The position numbers were made by a program, and so were the translations under genes. This document shows positions 22,735-35,622 of a DNA stretch of 64,000 bases, one piece after another. Under the pieces are notes generated by a model. That model did not search any database. It saw only the letters and a list, made by a program, of their open reading frames with translations, and had not been told where the DNA came from. This stretch comes from Octopus vulgaris. Taxonomy: Eukaryota. Position 1 is the first letter of the stretch. Every line of letters starts with the position of its first letter. The stretch spans positions 12,090,001-12,154,000 of the forward strand of contig OX597814.1 of NCBI GenBank assembly GCA_951406725.2, read 5' to 3'.

Positions 22735-23135
22735 ATATGTTTAGCCGTAGAAACGCTGCCAGATCAGACTGGAGCCTGGTTGCTTGACAACCGATGCTGG
22801 TGTGTTTACGTCCCCGTCACATTAGCGGTTTCGGCAAAAGAGACCGATAGAATAAGTACTGGGCTTACAAAAGAATAAGTCCCGGGGTCGATTTACTCGA
22901 CTAAAGGCGGTGCTCCAGTATGGCGGCAGTCAAATGACTGAAACAAGTAAAAGAGTATCCAATGAATATTTTTTTGAAATATGAAATGAAAGCTTGAAGG
23001 AAATGCTGATTCTTATATTCTCTTTGTTTAAAAACCTTTCTGAAAGATAATAGCAAATCAGGATCGGTTTACCAGCTGATGAACGGAAACGAGCAATTTT
23101 GAGTGCTGGAAATCGGAGCCTTACAGTTATAATGT
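22428..23135. mobile_element. MITE with ~75-bp imperfect TIRs, interrupted by SINE A
   Basis: ACATTATAACTG..GATTTCC..GCTGGTAAACCGA (22428-22503) mirrored at 23061-23135. Confidence 0.75.
22532..22957 (+). mobile_element. SINE family A with a foreign internal patch
   Basis: Family A sequence; ~22743-22780 replaced by sequence matching family G. Confidence 0.9.
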
Positions 23136-23208
23136 ATTAAAGAATACTATACATTTGTATCGAGTTCTGTAATTTATTGCTTCTGGTGAATCAGCACACA
23201 CAAACACA

Positions 23209-23294
<86 letters not shown>

Positions 23295-23307
23295 TATATA
23301 TATATAT

Positions 23308-23730
23308 ATTCTTTTATTCTTTTACTTGCTTCTGTCATTTGGCTGCGGCACCACCATAAGAGGATTTAGTCGAACAAATTGACCCCAAGACTTATTCTTT
23401 GTAAACCTAGTACTTATTCTATCGATCTCTTTGCTGAACCACTAAGTTACGGGGATGTCAACACACTGACATCAGTTGTCAAGCGATAGTGGTGGGGAAC
23501 ACAGGCACAAACACAAACACACACACATACACATACATATATATATATATATATATACCATGAACTTCCTTCAGTTTCCGACTTCCAAATCCACTCGCAA
23601 GGCTTTGGTCGGCCCGAGGCTATAATGGAAGACACTTGCCCAAGGTGCCACGCAGTGGGACTGAATCCAGAACCATGTGGTCGGGAAGCAAGGGAAGCAA
23701 GCTTCTTACCACACAGCCACGCTTGCGCCT
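23308..23730 (-). mobile_element. SINE family A (older)
   Basis: Diverged family A on minus strand, next to (CA)n at 23195-23291. Confidence 0.85.
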
Positions 23731-23835
23731 ACACACGTAAAGATATGGTACAAAAATATAAAATGAACCGTAGATGAGACAAAAAAATAAAAGCAAATAC
23801 GATGTTTCAGGTTTCTCGAGAAAATTGGAAACAGT

Positions 23836-23871
23836 CTTTAACGTTTTGCGCCTACGCTCTTCTTCGGAAAG
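23836..23871 (-). ncRNA. Degenerate minimal hammerhead-like motif
   Basis: CUUU-CCGAAGA-A-GAGC-GUAG-GCGC-AAAA-CG-UU-AAAG; core substitutions, likely inactive. Confidence 0.4.
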
Positions 23872-24143
23872 GACAGAAAAAGAGAGATAAAAATAAAAAG
23901 CGTTTCTCGCGCGCAATATTGGAAAATACATAGCGGAGAATTTCAGAACTGTTTTTTTTTTCCAGTTTTAGCCATTTTCCGTATATACGTATCTATAGAG
24001 TTCCATTTTCCACGTCTGTTAATGTCTCTTAGACATCAAGTTAAGCGCCGACTACCTGTTGAGTCATTGTGCACTCTCGGTAATTAAATATCACGCCAAG
24101 ATGAACTAAAATTGTACTGCCTGGGTTCATGAGCAATGTGTGC

Positions 24144-24184
<41 letters not shown>

Positions 24185-24686
24185 CACACACACATACATT
24201 GGACGCTCTTAATTTAATATCCTGTTTACAGGAGATGTTGTTTTGTTTCTCTAATCACTTATGTTAGTTATATCTTCCGTCGTTCAGACTTTTCATAAGT
24301 AATAAAAATATACAAAAGTCAGTGTGTGCGTTTATGCGCGTGTGTACGTGTGTGTGTGTTTGTGTGTATAAATGTATATTTTGAATGTAGGCTTGTGAAT
24401 GTGTCAGTGCGTGTGTTTGTATGATTGTGATTTTAAATATGCGGCAAATGTTCCCAGCCAGCCGAAAGTTGAAAACATTTGTGATTGTATATAATGAGAA
24501 ATGAATGAAATATAAAAATGGACCCCGACAAAATAGCTCTCACACCCACAGGCATGCTTGTAACGCCTCCCCTATTTATGAATACACACGCACACACGCA
24601 TTGTCCCACTTTCACCCTTTCATATCAAGGCTGGGTTAAGGATAAGATTTTTCAAATATACATTTCTATGAGCGCGTGAGTGTATT

Positions 24687-25048
24687 AGGTGCAGGCCTGG
24701 CTGTGTAGTTAAGCTTGCTTTGTAACCTCGTGGTTCCAGGTTCAGTCCCACTGTGCGGCACCTCGGATAAGAGATTGTACTACAGCTCTTGCCTGACCAA
24801 TACCTTGTGGGTGAATTTCGTTGTCCGGAAGCTATACGGAAGCCCGTCGTATATATATGTGTATGTATGTGTGTGTATATATATATATACTTACTTACAT
24901 ATGTATGTGTGTGATACAAGCTTACCGATGTTGGTATGTTTACGTCCCTGTGACTTAGGGATTCAGCAAAAGAGGCTGTAGAGTAAGTATCAGGCTTAAA
25001 AAGAAAAAAAAAGTATTGGGGTCAATTGGTTCGACTAAAACCCTTCAA
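24687..25048 (+). mobile_element. SINE family A (degenerate)
   Basis: GGTTCAGTCCCACTG, GAAGCCCGTCGTATATA and GGGGTCAATT..TTCGACTAAA motifs. Confidence 0.8.
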
Positions 25049-25129
25049 ACATGAAAGAAACACACATATGTGGGTATATGTATATATATAGACACACGCA
25101 TACAAACACACGCACACGCACACATCTGT

Positions 25130-25800
25130 CATCAAAAAGTGGCGGAAAGCTTAAATTCTTTTATAGCCCAATCTCTTAGATTATAAATGTTTCGATTTCA
25201 TTAGCAGACGTTATTCTAGAGCTGTTCGCACAAGGGAAAATCTCAAGAAGTGTCATGTTAAGAGATCTTGAAGTTGTTTCACAAAATCCTGCTTGCGGCC
25301 CGAATCAATCTGATGAAAAATACGGATTAGTGAAGGAAGAACAGGCCAGAATTTCTTTTTAAATCTGGTAATGACGACCAGTATTGCACACTTCGACAAA
25401 GAAAGATTTGTAAATTGTAGGCTGTCGAGATGCAAAATTCAGAACTAAACATGCGTTTCATAAAGCACGCAACTGAAACTATTGATTCCAACTGCATAAT
25501 GTAACTCCATTATGCGATAAATAAAACGTGGATCACGACAAAAGAACGCCATTTTCTCGCAGAATTGAGCTTGGTGATCAAAATCTTCTTCATTTAAGGA
25601 GTAAAGGAAAGACATCAACACACATGTACGATTCACAGCAACTTTTGTTTGTCTTGTGATGTCATGTTGGGACCAAACACGAGACTCAAAACCTTGGAGG
25701 AACCAGTTGCTTCTGGAATCTTGAAGATATTTCATCATGCAAAGGGCTAGTACGGCTGATTGCACTTCCCAGGCAGACAAAATTTGGCTATTAAAGTTCA
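25130..25800 (-). pseudogene. Decayed Tc1/mariner-superfamily transposase fragment
   Basis: SLNEEDFDHQAQFCEKM resembles the L.E.D..RR.EFCE motif preceding the DDE domain of Tc1-like transposases; catalytic triad not recoverable. Confidence 0.5.
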
Positions 25801-26229
25801 GATTAATAGATACTTTACAATGTTATCGTATACTAACTTAATGATAGATACACTACATATAGGGAGACACACATATGTATGTAAATTATATAATATACAT
25901 GTGTGTTGTTAATCGAAAAATAGTATGAAGATGTATATATTTATAGAAAGCAATAAAACACACGCACCCATATACAAATTAAAGTCAGGATACCCTTGTG
26001 GTAATCGGCGTTCCTTGCTGACTGGGCGGGTCAGCAAACGTTCGCTCAGTCTGTGAAGTGTTTGACTGTAAGCCAAGGTATTTGAAGATATGTTTTTATC
26101 CAAAGCAGCAGCCACTTTGGCACAGAGTCGGCTACAGTGAAACCCAGGGCAACAGCATGATATCCTGATTGTAATTGACATAAAAATTATTTATGAAAAC
26201 GTTTTTCTTCAGTTCTTCATCTCTATCTT

Positions 26230-26740
26230 ATATAATGCATGTGTGTGTGTGTGTGTGTGAGGATTATTTCTATAAATGGATATGTTTGTTCTACAGATAC
26301 ATGGTAAAGTGTACACACACATACACACAGAGACACAAACACACACACGCACACACACACGCACACACACACACATACACACACACACACACACACACTC
26401 ACACACACACATGCGCGTGCATTCTTGCTTGTGTTCCCAATTCCGGATGGAATTGCAGGGGAGCGGATGTGATATACAAAAAATCTCTAAGGCATTTTAA
26501 ACATCGTGAAATCCATTACTCAGCAGGTTGTACAAGGCTATTTTATTTAGCAAATCCAAAAAGATGTATGGCAAAGTTAACCTCGTATGATTTGAACTCA
26601 AGAAGTACATAGCCGAAACAAATAGAGTAAAGAATTATACCTGATACTCTTGTGACTGCAAACTCGTTTCTCTACGAATGCGTATATCTATGCATACATG
26701 CATATATACGCTTGTATGTGTATATAAAAATTTGTATGTG

Positions 26741-26774
<34 letters not shown>

Positions 26775-26786
26775 TCTGTATGTGTG

Positions 26787-26829
<43 letters not shown>

Positions 26830-26970
26830 TATAAATCTGTATGTGTGTAATATATATATATGAAAATATATGTGCATACATATACATGCATTCACATGTG
26901 CATATAAGCATACATATGTGCAGATGTAAACGTTCATATGAACATCTCTGTGCACGCACACACACACATG
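26230..26970. repeat. Compound (CA)n/(TA)n/(TG)n microsatellite region
   Basis: Directly visible; includes a degraded SINE-B-like stretch at ~26510-26640. Confidence 0.85.
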
Positions 26971-28049
26971 CATGTTTAACAATTTCTGTATTTAGAAATC
27001 ATTAAAATAATTTGTGATACAAAACTTTAAAAGTTGAAATTTAGAAGCTATGCTATAGAAGAAACTTGGGTGGTCTTTCTCATTTAATAACGGCGTGGTA
27101 AAATAGATGGGATCTACAGACGAAGGGCAGAAACTAATAACCTTGTTTAAATACTATTTAGACAAATATACACATAGGCTTATGCAGACAGACTCCTTCT
27201 GTGTTCATTACTGCTTCAAAGTACCCTGCTACAAATATATTTTCTTATTAGAGTTCTTTTTTTTCTTAAATATTTATCTAAAGGTCGAACATACTGAAAA
27301 ATATAGCTTCCTAGTTGGTCTCTATCACATGCGCGCACGCAAACACACATGTCTAACATAGAGACACATTACTGAGAACTCTTAATTATATTTGTGTATA
27401 TGCGCGCGTTCATGTGTATATATACATTCATCTATACACAAATATATACGTGACATATATGACACACACAGACGAAATATTTATGTGATATGTGTGTGAC
27501 TACATGTACGCATAACACATATATACATATATGTTCACTCACACACATATCTATATATACATAACATACACACATAAACAAGCGTTGCTCAGCCTAAACA
27601 CTTATAGGCCAGTATCTGCATTAAAAGCGTGCGTCAGAACCAGGGTTGTGGATCAGAAAGAACCTTCATTAAAGGCTGCTATGGACCTGTTGAAGAATCT
27701 GTGTGTCTAGAGGCATTGACATAGATTAGGATTTTAAGATTATAAAAAGAGCAGCAATCAGAACGAATCAGTACGTATTAATTGCACTTGTTTAGAGATC
27801 GTTATTGTTTGTTCCTAGGTCAAGCTGACCTAGCTTCAAGGTAATTTTACTCGTGATCATCCCGTACTGTGCATATTCTCTTTATAGAAGGCATGGTATG
27901 TATTGAAGGAAATTTGATTGCCATAGCTAGCAGACTGAGCTATTACGTACAGATTAACTTCTTCGAACCTTACTAAAACTGCTGTATGTGTATGAAAGAT
28001 GAAAAGAGAAGGAAATTGGAATATTAAAGAATGCATTGATATTGTTTCT

Positions 28050-28250
28050 AAGTGTTTGCACAAAGAAAACAATATTGGGAGATGGATAAAATCGAGCCCG
28101 ATGCTCAACAGGTACCTGCTTTATCAGCCCCGAACATGATGAAAAACAAAGTCTACTTCGGCGGAATTTGAACTCAAAACATGTAGACAAATGAAATGTC
28201 ACTAAGCATTTTCCCGGCGTGCTAACGATTCTGCCAGCTTCCCGCCTTAA
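28050..28250 (-). mobile_element. SINE family B (diverged)
   Basis: GGAATTTGAACTCA and GCTAACGATTCTGCCAGCT..CGCCTT (reverse of the B head). Confidence 0.8.
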
Positions 28251-28369
28251 AGGAAGCATTGAAATTAAAAGTAAGAAGACATTCGATCCACACCAGTCAT
28301 CTGAAGTTCCATACTAAAATGCAGTACTTTATCATTTCGCACCAAAGGACAGTATTTCTAGATCAGAAT

Positions 28370-28830
28370 ATATTTCTGAAAATTTTCATTCCACATTGTT
28401 TTCGTACCCATCCTCACCTAGGGTCCCGAATGTTGGGTAATAACCGAAAAGGTACGACGGTGAATAGAAGCGGCCGAAATGGAGCTTCTCTGAAGGATCT
28501 CTTGAGTAATGTTACTTGATAGGTAGTATAGATCAAAGATCAGGGATTCTCTCCAGATTTTTCTCGCACCGAGAGGTCACGGTTCCGCTACTATGGACGT
28601 ATAATAAGAATTCTGCAGGAAAGAATCGCAAGACAGATTCTTCAAATCGATGTAACCGACAGGAGACCCAGAGAAAGATCATAAGTGAAATGGTTAATAT
28701 CTATAGTTTCAATTGATTACACTAGGGAATCTAACGGAAGTTTAATGGCTGTTGTTTCTCTAGGATGCCATGGCGGAAGTACTTGGGGACTCTATACCCA
28801 CTCGGCTTCCTTCGAAATAGTGGACGGCGA
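28370..28830 (+). pseudogene. RTE-clade LINE 3' fragment
   Basis: FVPILT*G.ECWVITEK, IEAAEMELL*RIS*VMLLDR and FRYYGRIIR..ERIARQIL..RRPRERS*VKW match the RTE ORF C-terminus (YG.E.W; LRWFGHV.R; RPRGRP..RW). Confidence 0.8.
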
Positions 28831-30439
28831 AAATAGATGGATGGTCAGATTTTAGTTGTTTTGATCTTAAAAAAATACTACTTTCATAATTTCCAGCGAA
28901 CTTGATTTTGTTTTTACTGTACTATTTTTTCTCTATAGCTGAAGAAGCATGCATGTTATTTTAAATTGGTTTTGTAAGGTTTGTCAAGATTGCATTCGTT
29001 ACACAAAACATTATTGCTTACGTGCTACATTTCTTTACAAATTGTGGATCATTTATTCAAGATTTTTGAAACATTTTATCGTAATTTAACTCCATGCTCA
29101 TAGAGTAAATGAGAATCGCTTTGCAATATTGAATTTCCCACAGATTGCAGAATTTTATCTGTAATTTTAATAAAATATCTCACTTCGTAATATATCTAAT
29201 TTATAAGCTGTACATTATATCATGCTGGAGATTTCCAAAAAGAATGAAATAGTGCCATATATGAATACCACCTACTAGAAATTTTAAGAACTTCATTGCG
29301 AACACTACTGAATTTCTTGCTCGTATTTCAAATTAAAATTTCTAATCCTGCCTCATGCTGTGACGGTACAGTTATCTCCTTCGTATTAACAACCATTGTG
29401 AGATGGAACCACATGTATTTAAAAAATACGTTGTTCAGATTTCCGCAACGAGACAGTTACTACTGCCAACAATTATTGGGTAACTCATTTATAACAAAGG
29501 GTCCTCTACGTTGTCGCTCGAAATTTCAGTTATAGCAATCATCATAGATAAAAAGAGAAGTAGTGGAAAAAAAGACCACTCTTCAGCCTTTAGGCACATC
29601 AGCGTTAGTATAAATTTATTGATAGACACTTGTCACTGCTCGAGTGAAGCTTGTTCATTGAAGCAAATTCTTGTTGAACAATGATAACAGCAGTATCTTC
29701 CCACCAATGTTTCAGGCGTAGATTTCATAATTTAATATCAGCGAAAGAGAAATATATAAAAATGGATAAAAACAAGGTACGGAATGGGAGAGTAACAGAA
29801 GAAAGGAGAACAAAAAATATAATAAACATCAAATTTTACAGTTCACCTTTGACACTAGTTCAATTCATGAAACATTATTTTTGAAAAGATATTCAAAAAG
29901 TAATACCAAAAGAACGATACTGTGGTTTACAAGTCCATACATGAAATCAGTGTGTGTGTGTGTGTGTGTGTGTATAGAGTGAGAAAGAGAGAGAGAGTGT
30001 GAGAAAGAGAGAGGGAGAGTGAGAAAGATGTAGAAGAAATTTCTCGTGCTTTGACTTTTATTATTTTAGATATATAAATATTTATAAATTTAAAATTCCT
30101 GCATTCACAGTTTTTGACAACATCTACATATTTCTAGACTAAACGTAGACTAAATGACACTACAAGTGGATTTCCTCACATAATATACATACATGTGTGG
30201 ATGTGAGTGTCTGTGTGTATATGTGTCTATACTCGTATGCATATACATGTATTTCTGTGTGTATAAACATGTGTGCACACACACACACGTTTAAATGTTT
30301 GTCTACACATGCATATAATATACAGATATATATATATATACACACATATATAAATGCATGTTTACACACGTGCATATATATATGTACATATACATATATA
30401 TATATATAGACAAGTAATAATGTATATTTACAGACATGC

Positions 30440-30486
<47 letters not shown>

Positions 30487-30531
30487 TATACATATATATC
30501 TCTTTATCTATCTACCTCTCTCTCTCTCTCT

Positions 30532-30602
<71 letters not shown>

Positions 30603-30717
30603 CAGTAAATGGTGGGGTTGTGTTGACTGCACGTGAAGAAATGATAGGAGAGGAAAAATTATAATAAGGCAGAATGCTAAATTGAAAGTAAATTTTAATA
30701 AAAATGGGTGTATGAAA

Positions 30718-30791
30718 AATTAAAAAGGAAAAAACAATAAATCGAACCGGTTTTCATCGATGAAAACCGGTTCGATTTATTGTTTTTTCCT

Positions 30792-30799
<8 letters not shown>
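30718..30799. repeat. Perfect 82-bp spacerless palindrome
   Basis: 41/41 complementary pairs centred between 30758 and 30759; (TA)n at ~30538-30599 and 30799-30841. Confidence 0.95.
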
Positions 30800-30844
<45 letters not shown>

Positions 30845-31816
30845 TAGATATGTGCATGCATACAAACAGATGCATAATATATATTTATATATGTCTACTT
30901 AGATGTATATACATACAGTCATAAATTCACGCACACTCAAACGCTTACACGCACACAGACAGGTAACAATCACAAGGGATAATGTAAAAAATGAATATAT
31001 ATTGCTTCTTTCATTGTTACGACGAGCAAGGCAGAATAATTTATTTACTGTCTGACGACGACGCCCATTACCGCCATTACCTCCGTTAGCGATATCGTTG
31101 CTGTAATATAAACAATAAAGAGAATGTCGGCTGCTGTTTAACTTAGTGTAATTGTCGTCTGCTCATAATTCAATATTTTAATTGTCATCTGTCAAAGAAA
31201 CAAATTAAGACGCCAGAAACGTTAGTTTGGTGAGAGAAAGATGTGGAATGAGGAAACAGAAGCGGAGAAAGTGGTGATGATGACAGAAAAAAAAAAAGAT
31301 TTTTATTGATAGCATTGAAGTTTTGAGTACAGCCATCTTCACTGCTAGAACAGCATCATAATTTACCAAATATTCACCACATTTATTATAAAATGTCTGA
31401 GAACTGAGGAGGCCATCTTGCAGTCGAGTCATTGCGCCAGCTAAGAGTAATTGTGGAATAGATGATTAGGATGAAAGAATCAGCTCTGAGCAAGCGTCTG
31501 TAGATTGGAGAGCAACATATTGGCATGAGCTTGTACTCTTAGTTGTCAAGGTGAACCAGGATCTGTGAAGTTCCTTGACTGGCCCTAGATGGAAATTTTT
31601 CCTGTATCAAGAAGACTGTATCATAGATGTATTCACACATTTATATATGCTATGTACCTAATTTAACCCTCCTCTCTCTTTCGCTCCCATCTGTTATGTA
31701 AACCCCACGCAAATTGCAAACTGTCCCTGTAATGTCATCCTTATCTAATGCACCTGTGATAAATAAAAGAAATTATTAAACCTGATGACTTTGTGTCAAA
31801 ATTTGAAACTATTATT

Positions 31817-32215
31817 AAGGTAACGAGCAGGCAGAATCGTTTGCATGCCGAGCAAAATGCTTAGCGTTATTTCGTCCGTCTTTACTTTCCGAGTTCAAAA
31901 ACCGTCGAGGTCGACTTTGCTTTTATCCTTTCGGGGTCGATAAAATAAGTACGAGTTGAACACAGGGGAGTCAATACAATCGAATTATCCTCTTCCCCGC
32001 GACTTTGCTTTCATCCTTTCGAGGTCGATAAAATAAGTACCAGTTGAACACTGGGGAGTCATTACAATCGACTTATCCTCTTACCCGAAATTGCTGGCCT
32101 TGTGTCAAAATTTGAAATTAAGATGGTGAGCTGGCTTCATCCGTCTTTTCGCTCCGAGTTCAAATGCCACCGAGGTTGACTCTGTCTTTCATCCCGTCGT
32201 GGTCGATAAAATACA
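31817..32215 (+). mobile_element. Cluster of tandem SINE B copies and fragments
   Basis: Repeated GACTTTGC.TT.ATCCTTTCG.GGTCGATAAAATAAGTAC blocks. Confidence 0.85.
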
Positions 32216-32871
32216 ATAATCAGTTGCTTCTTCCAATGGAACCTTTTTGCATATTTTATGACTAGCACTGAATTCTTTGCAATATTAGGCCTAAATTCTC
32301 CTACTGTGTGTGTCAAGAAACGTATGAACCGACTGTTGTCTTTAATACTGGGATTACCATAAGCTAACCTAAGCACTGACAACCGGTGGGGAAAGTATAT
32401 ATATCAATCAACAACGAAGAATTTGAGAAGAAATATAGCTTTACGAAAAATAAATTAATAAATCAAGAGGAAATAATTTGACTAATTTTGAACCATTTAA
32501 CCTCAAATTATTAAATATACATTATGCCTTAATTTTATTTTCACTGGAATACTTTAATTCAGGGTTTCTAATAGGGAGTAGAAGTGTGAAGGTTGAAAAT
32601 GTGGGGGAAAATTGCAAAATGTGATAAAAGTCCACACAGCTCTAAATGAGTAACTCCGCGATGGAGTAGCCTTCTGATCAAGGGAAATGTTGGCCTTTTC
32701 ACCTAGACAGCTGGGTGGCATCATTCGAAAGCTAAAGTGATGCAAAGCGCATTGTGATCAGCGATGTATAACAACATCCGATAGTCTGGTCGATCACGTG
32801 GTCACGTGCTGTAAGTTGTACTTGCAATGTTTTAAATGTTTCCAGCAATATGGCGACGAACAAAGAATTAT

Positions 32872-33077
32872 TTTCTTATTTTGGTTGTTTCAGTCAAGGG
32901 GCTGTAGCCATGCTGGGGCATTACTTTGGAGAATTCAGTCGAACAAATCGTCTCCAATACTTATTTTTTAAGCCTGGCACATATTTTGTCGGGGTCTTTT
33001 GTCAAACCGCTAAGTTACGGGTACGTAAACAAACTAATACCGGTTGCCAAGCAGTCGAGAGTGGGAACAAGCACAAA

Positions 33078-33114
<37 letters not shown>

Positions 33115-33270
33115 ACACACACACGTGCGCGCACGCTTCCATACAGTTTCCGTCTACTAAATTCATTCACTGGGTATTGGTCGGCCCAAGGCTGTAGTTA
33201 AAGACATTTGCCCAAAGTGCCACGCAGTGGGACTGAACCCTATTGTACGTGACTGTAAAGCGAGCTACTC
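32872..33270 (-). mobile_element. SINE family A (degenerate)
   Basis: GCCATGCTGGGGCA, CCGCTAAGTTACGGG and GCCACGCAGTGGGACTGAACCC. Confidence 0.8.
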
Positions 33271-34022
33271 CGCTTCACACTACGTATGTGAATTTTTTCT
33301 TATCTTTCAGCCAGGAGGTAAGGTATCACCAATGACTTAATAGGGTTGCTGAGGGATGGAAGAATGTATCCTTAAACTGGAGATCCGGTCAGAATGTTTG
33401 CAACAGACTAGACTCCAGTGAAGGTACCTGTCTAAGGTGCTCCAGGTGGCGGGTTTAAACCGGATGACATATTAAGTCTACTATCCGTGTAGGCCATAGC
33501 AGAACTTGAACTCAGAAAGCAAAGAACCAGCTCAAATACTTCAAGACACCTGGTCTGAACTTGTTACAGTTCTGCCAATCCACTACCCTAGATTGGTACT
33601 TATATTTTTTCATATTGAGCCTGAAAAGCTGAAAGGCAAAGCTCTATTCTGTCTTCTCATTCGTAAAAAAAGTGAGGTGGAGGGCGAGTTGACAAAACTG
33701 TAGGATGTCTGGGAAAACTGCTTTGCAGAATATCTTCCGACTCAATCATTAGGTTCTGAGTTCAAATTCTGCCCGGGTTAACTTTCCCTGTCATTCTTCC
33801 GGAGGGTGTCGATAAAAAAAATTACCAGTCTTGTACTAGAGTCGATGTATTCCATGATCTCTATCCGATTAAAGCTGCTGGCTTTGTGTCAAAATTTGAA
33901 GCCATTAATAAACAGAGGGCGAAAGCAAAAAGTTTTTATTAATAGTGTGTGAATGTGGGACTAGTATTTGAGAATCAGTTTTCTTTAAGAATAATGTCTT
34001 CTCTAACACAGAAAATAGGAAG

Positions 34023-34406
34023 GAAGCACTCCGTCGGTAACGACGATGAGGGTTCCGGTTGATCCGAATCAACGGAACGGCCTGCTCGTGAAATTAACGT
34101 GTAAGTGGCTGAGCACTCCACAGACAAGTGCACCCTTAACGTAGTTCTCGGGGATATTCAGCGTGACACAGAGAGTGACAAGGCCGGTCCCTTGAAATAC
34201 AGGTACAACAGAAACAGGAAGTAAGAGTGAGAGAAAGTTGTGGTGAAAGAGTACAGCAGGGATCACCACCAACCCCTGCCGGAGCCTCGTGGACTTTTTA
34301 GGTGTTTTCGCTCAATAAACACTCACAACGCCCGGTCTGGGAATCGAAACCGCGATCCTATGACCGCGAGTCCGCTGCCCTAACCACTGGGCCATTACGC
34401 CTCCAC
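34023..34406 (-). mobile_element. SINE family C
   Basis: Near-identical reverse complement of 1948-2331. Confidence 0.92.
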
Positions 34407-34724
34407 AACAAAAAAAATAATATTCAACGTAAAACATGACGTACATCAGTTTCTTTTTGTATTTATATGGAAGGAATAAAAAAAAAAGACCCTGTTAATT
34501 TCATAAAGAATTGTAATTAGCTTGAATGATTATCGTTTACAACCCAACCCACACATTGTGATACACTGCCTGGTTGAAGTAAGGCCGTGACAGTAGTGGT
34601 AGTAGTAGCAGCAGTAGCATAAAAGGTGGTAACAGTGGTGGTGGAAATAGTAGTTGTATTAGCAGTGCAGCATCTATAGTAACATTGGTGGAGTAGAAGC
34701 TGAAAATGTATGCACCCCCCCCCA

Positions 34725-34856
34725 CACACATTCTGTGTGTGTATATATATATATATATATGTTACACACATTCTATATAAGTGTGTATGTATATATACTC
34801 ATACACATGTACTCACACATCTCTATACATATATATATATATATATACAAACACAT

Positions 34857-34941
<85 letters not shown>

Positions 34942-34991
34942 TGCATACATACATACACACACACACATATATATATGTATATATGTATATA

Positions 34992-35058
<67 letters not shown>

Positions 35059-35065
35059 ATACACG
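34725..35065. repeat. Compound (TA)n/(CA)n/(AG)n microsatellite
   Basis: Directly visible. Confidence 0.95.
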
Positions 35066-35622
35066 CGACCTACATGCATACATTTTATATGCACAACTGC
35101 TATTAATAAAAAAGAAGTCGTCGGCGGGGGCTGTGTATACAGGAGCTTATCTCAGTTTTCAATGCATTAAGAAGCAGTTAAAATGAAACATTTACGCTCC
35201 AAGCTAGGATGTTAGTCGCACGTAAAATTTTGACCATTTCATCATCTGCCTAACACGTTACATCCTGTCCCCTACAATTTGATGCACTAGGATGCCTTCG
35301 CGAATCAAGGTCACCACCCCCGCCACAAACAAAAAAGTAAAAGACAAACAAAGCAAAAAAAAAAAATAATAAATAAAAATCAATGACAGGAACAGTTTAT
35401 TTTATGGTTAATATTTTCCAAGTCCTTTCGTCCGGCTTCAGGTTCTGTGTTCAAATTTCAGTGGGGTCGACTTTGCATTTCATCCTTTCGGGGATCAATA
35501 GAATAAGTGCCTGTTGAACACTGAGTTCGATTTATTAATCGACTTTGCCCCCCCTCAAACCCCCTGGCCCAGTGCCAAAATTTGAAACCAATATTTCCAA
35601 AATCCGCCGTGGTCACACAAAG

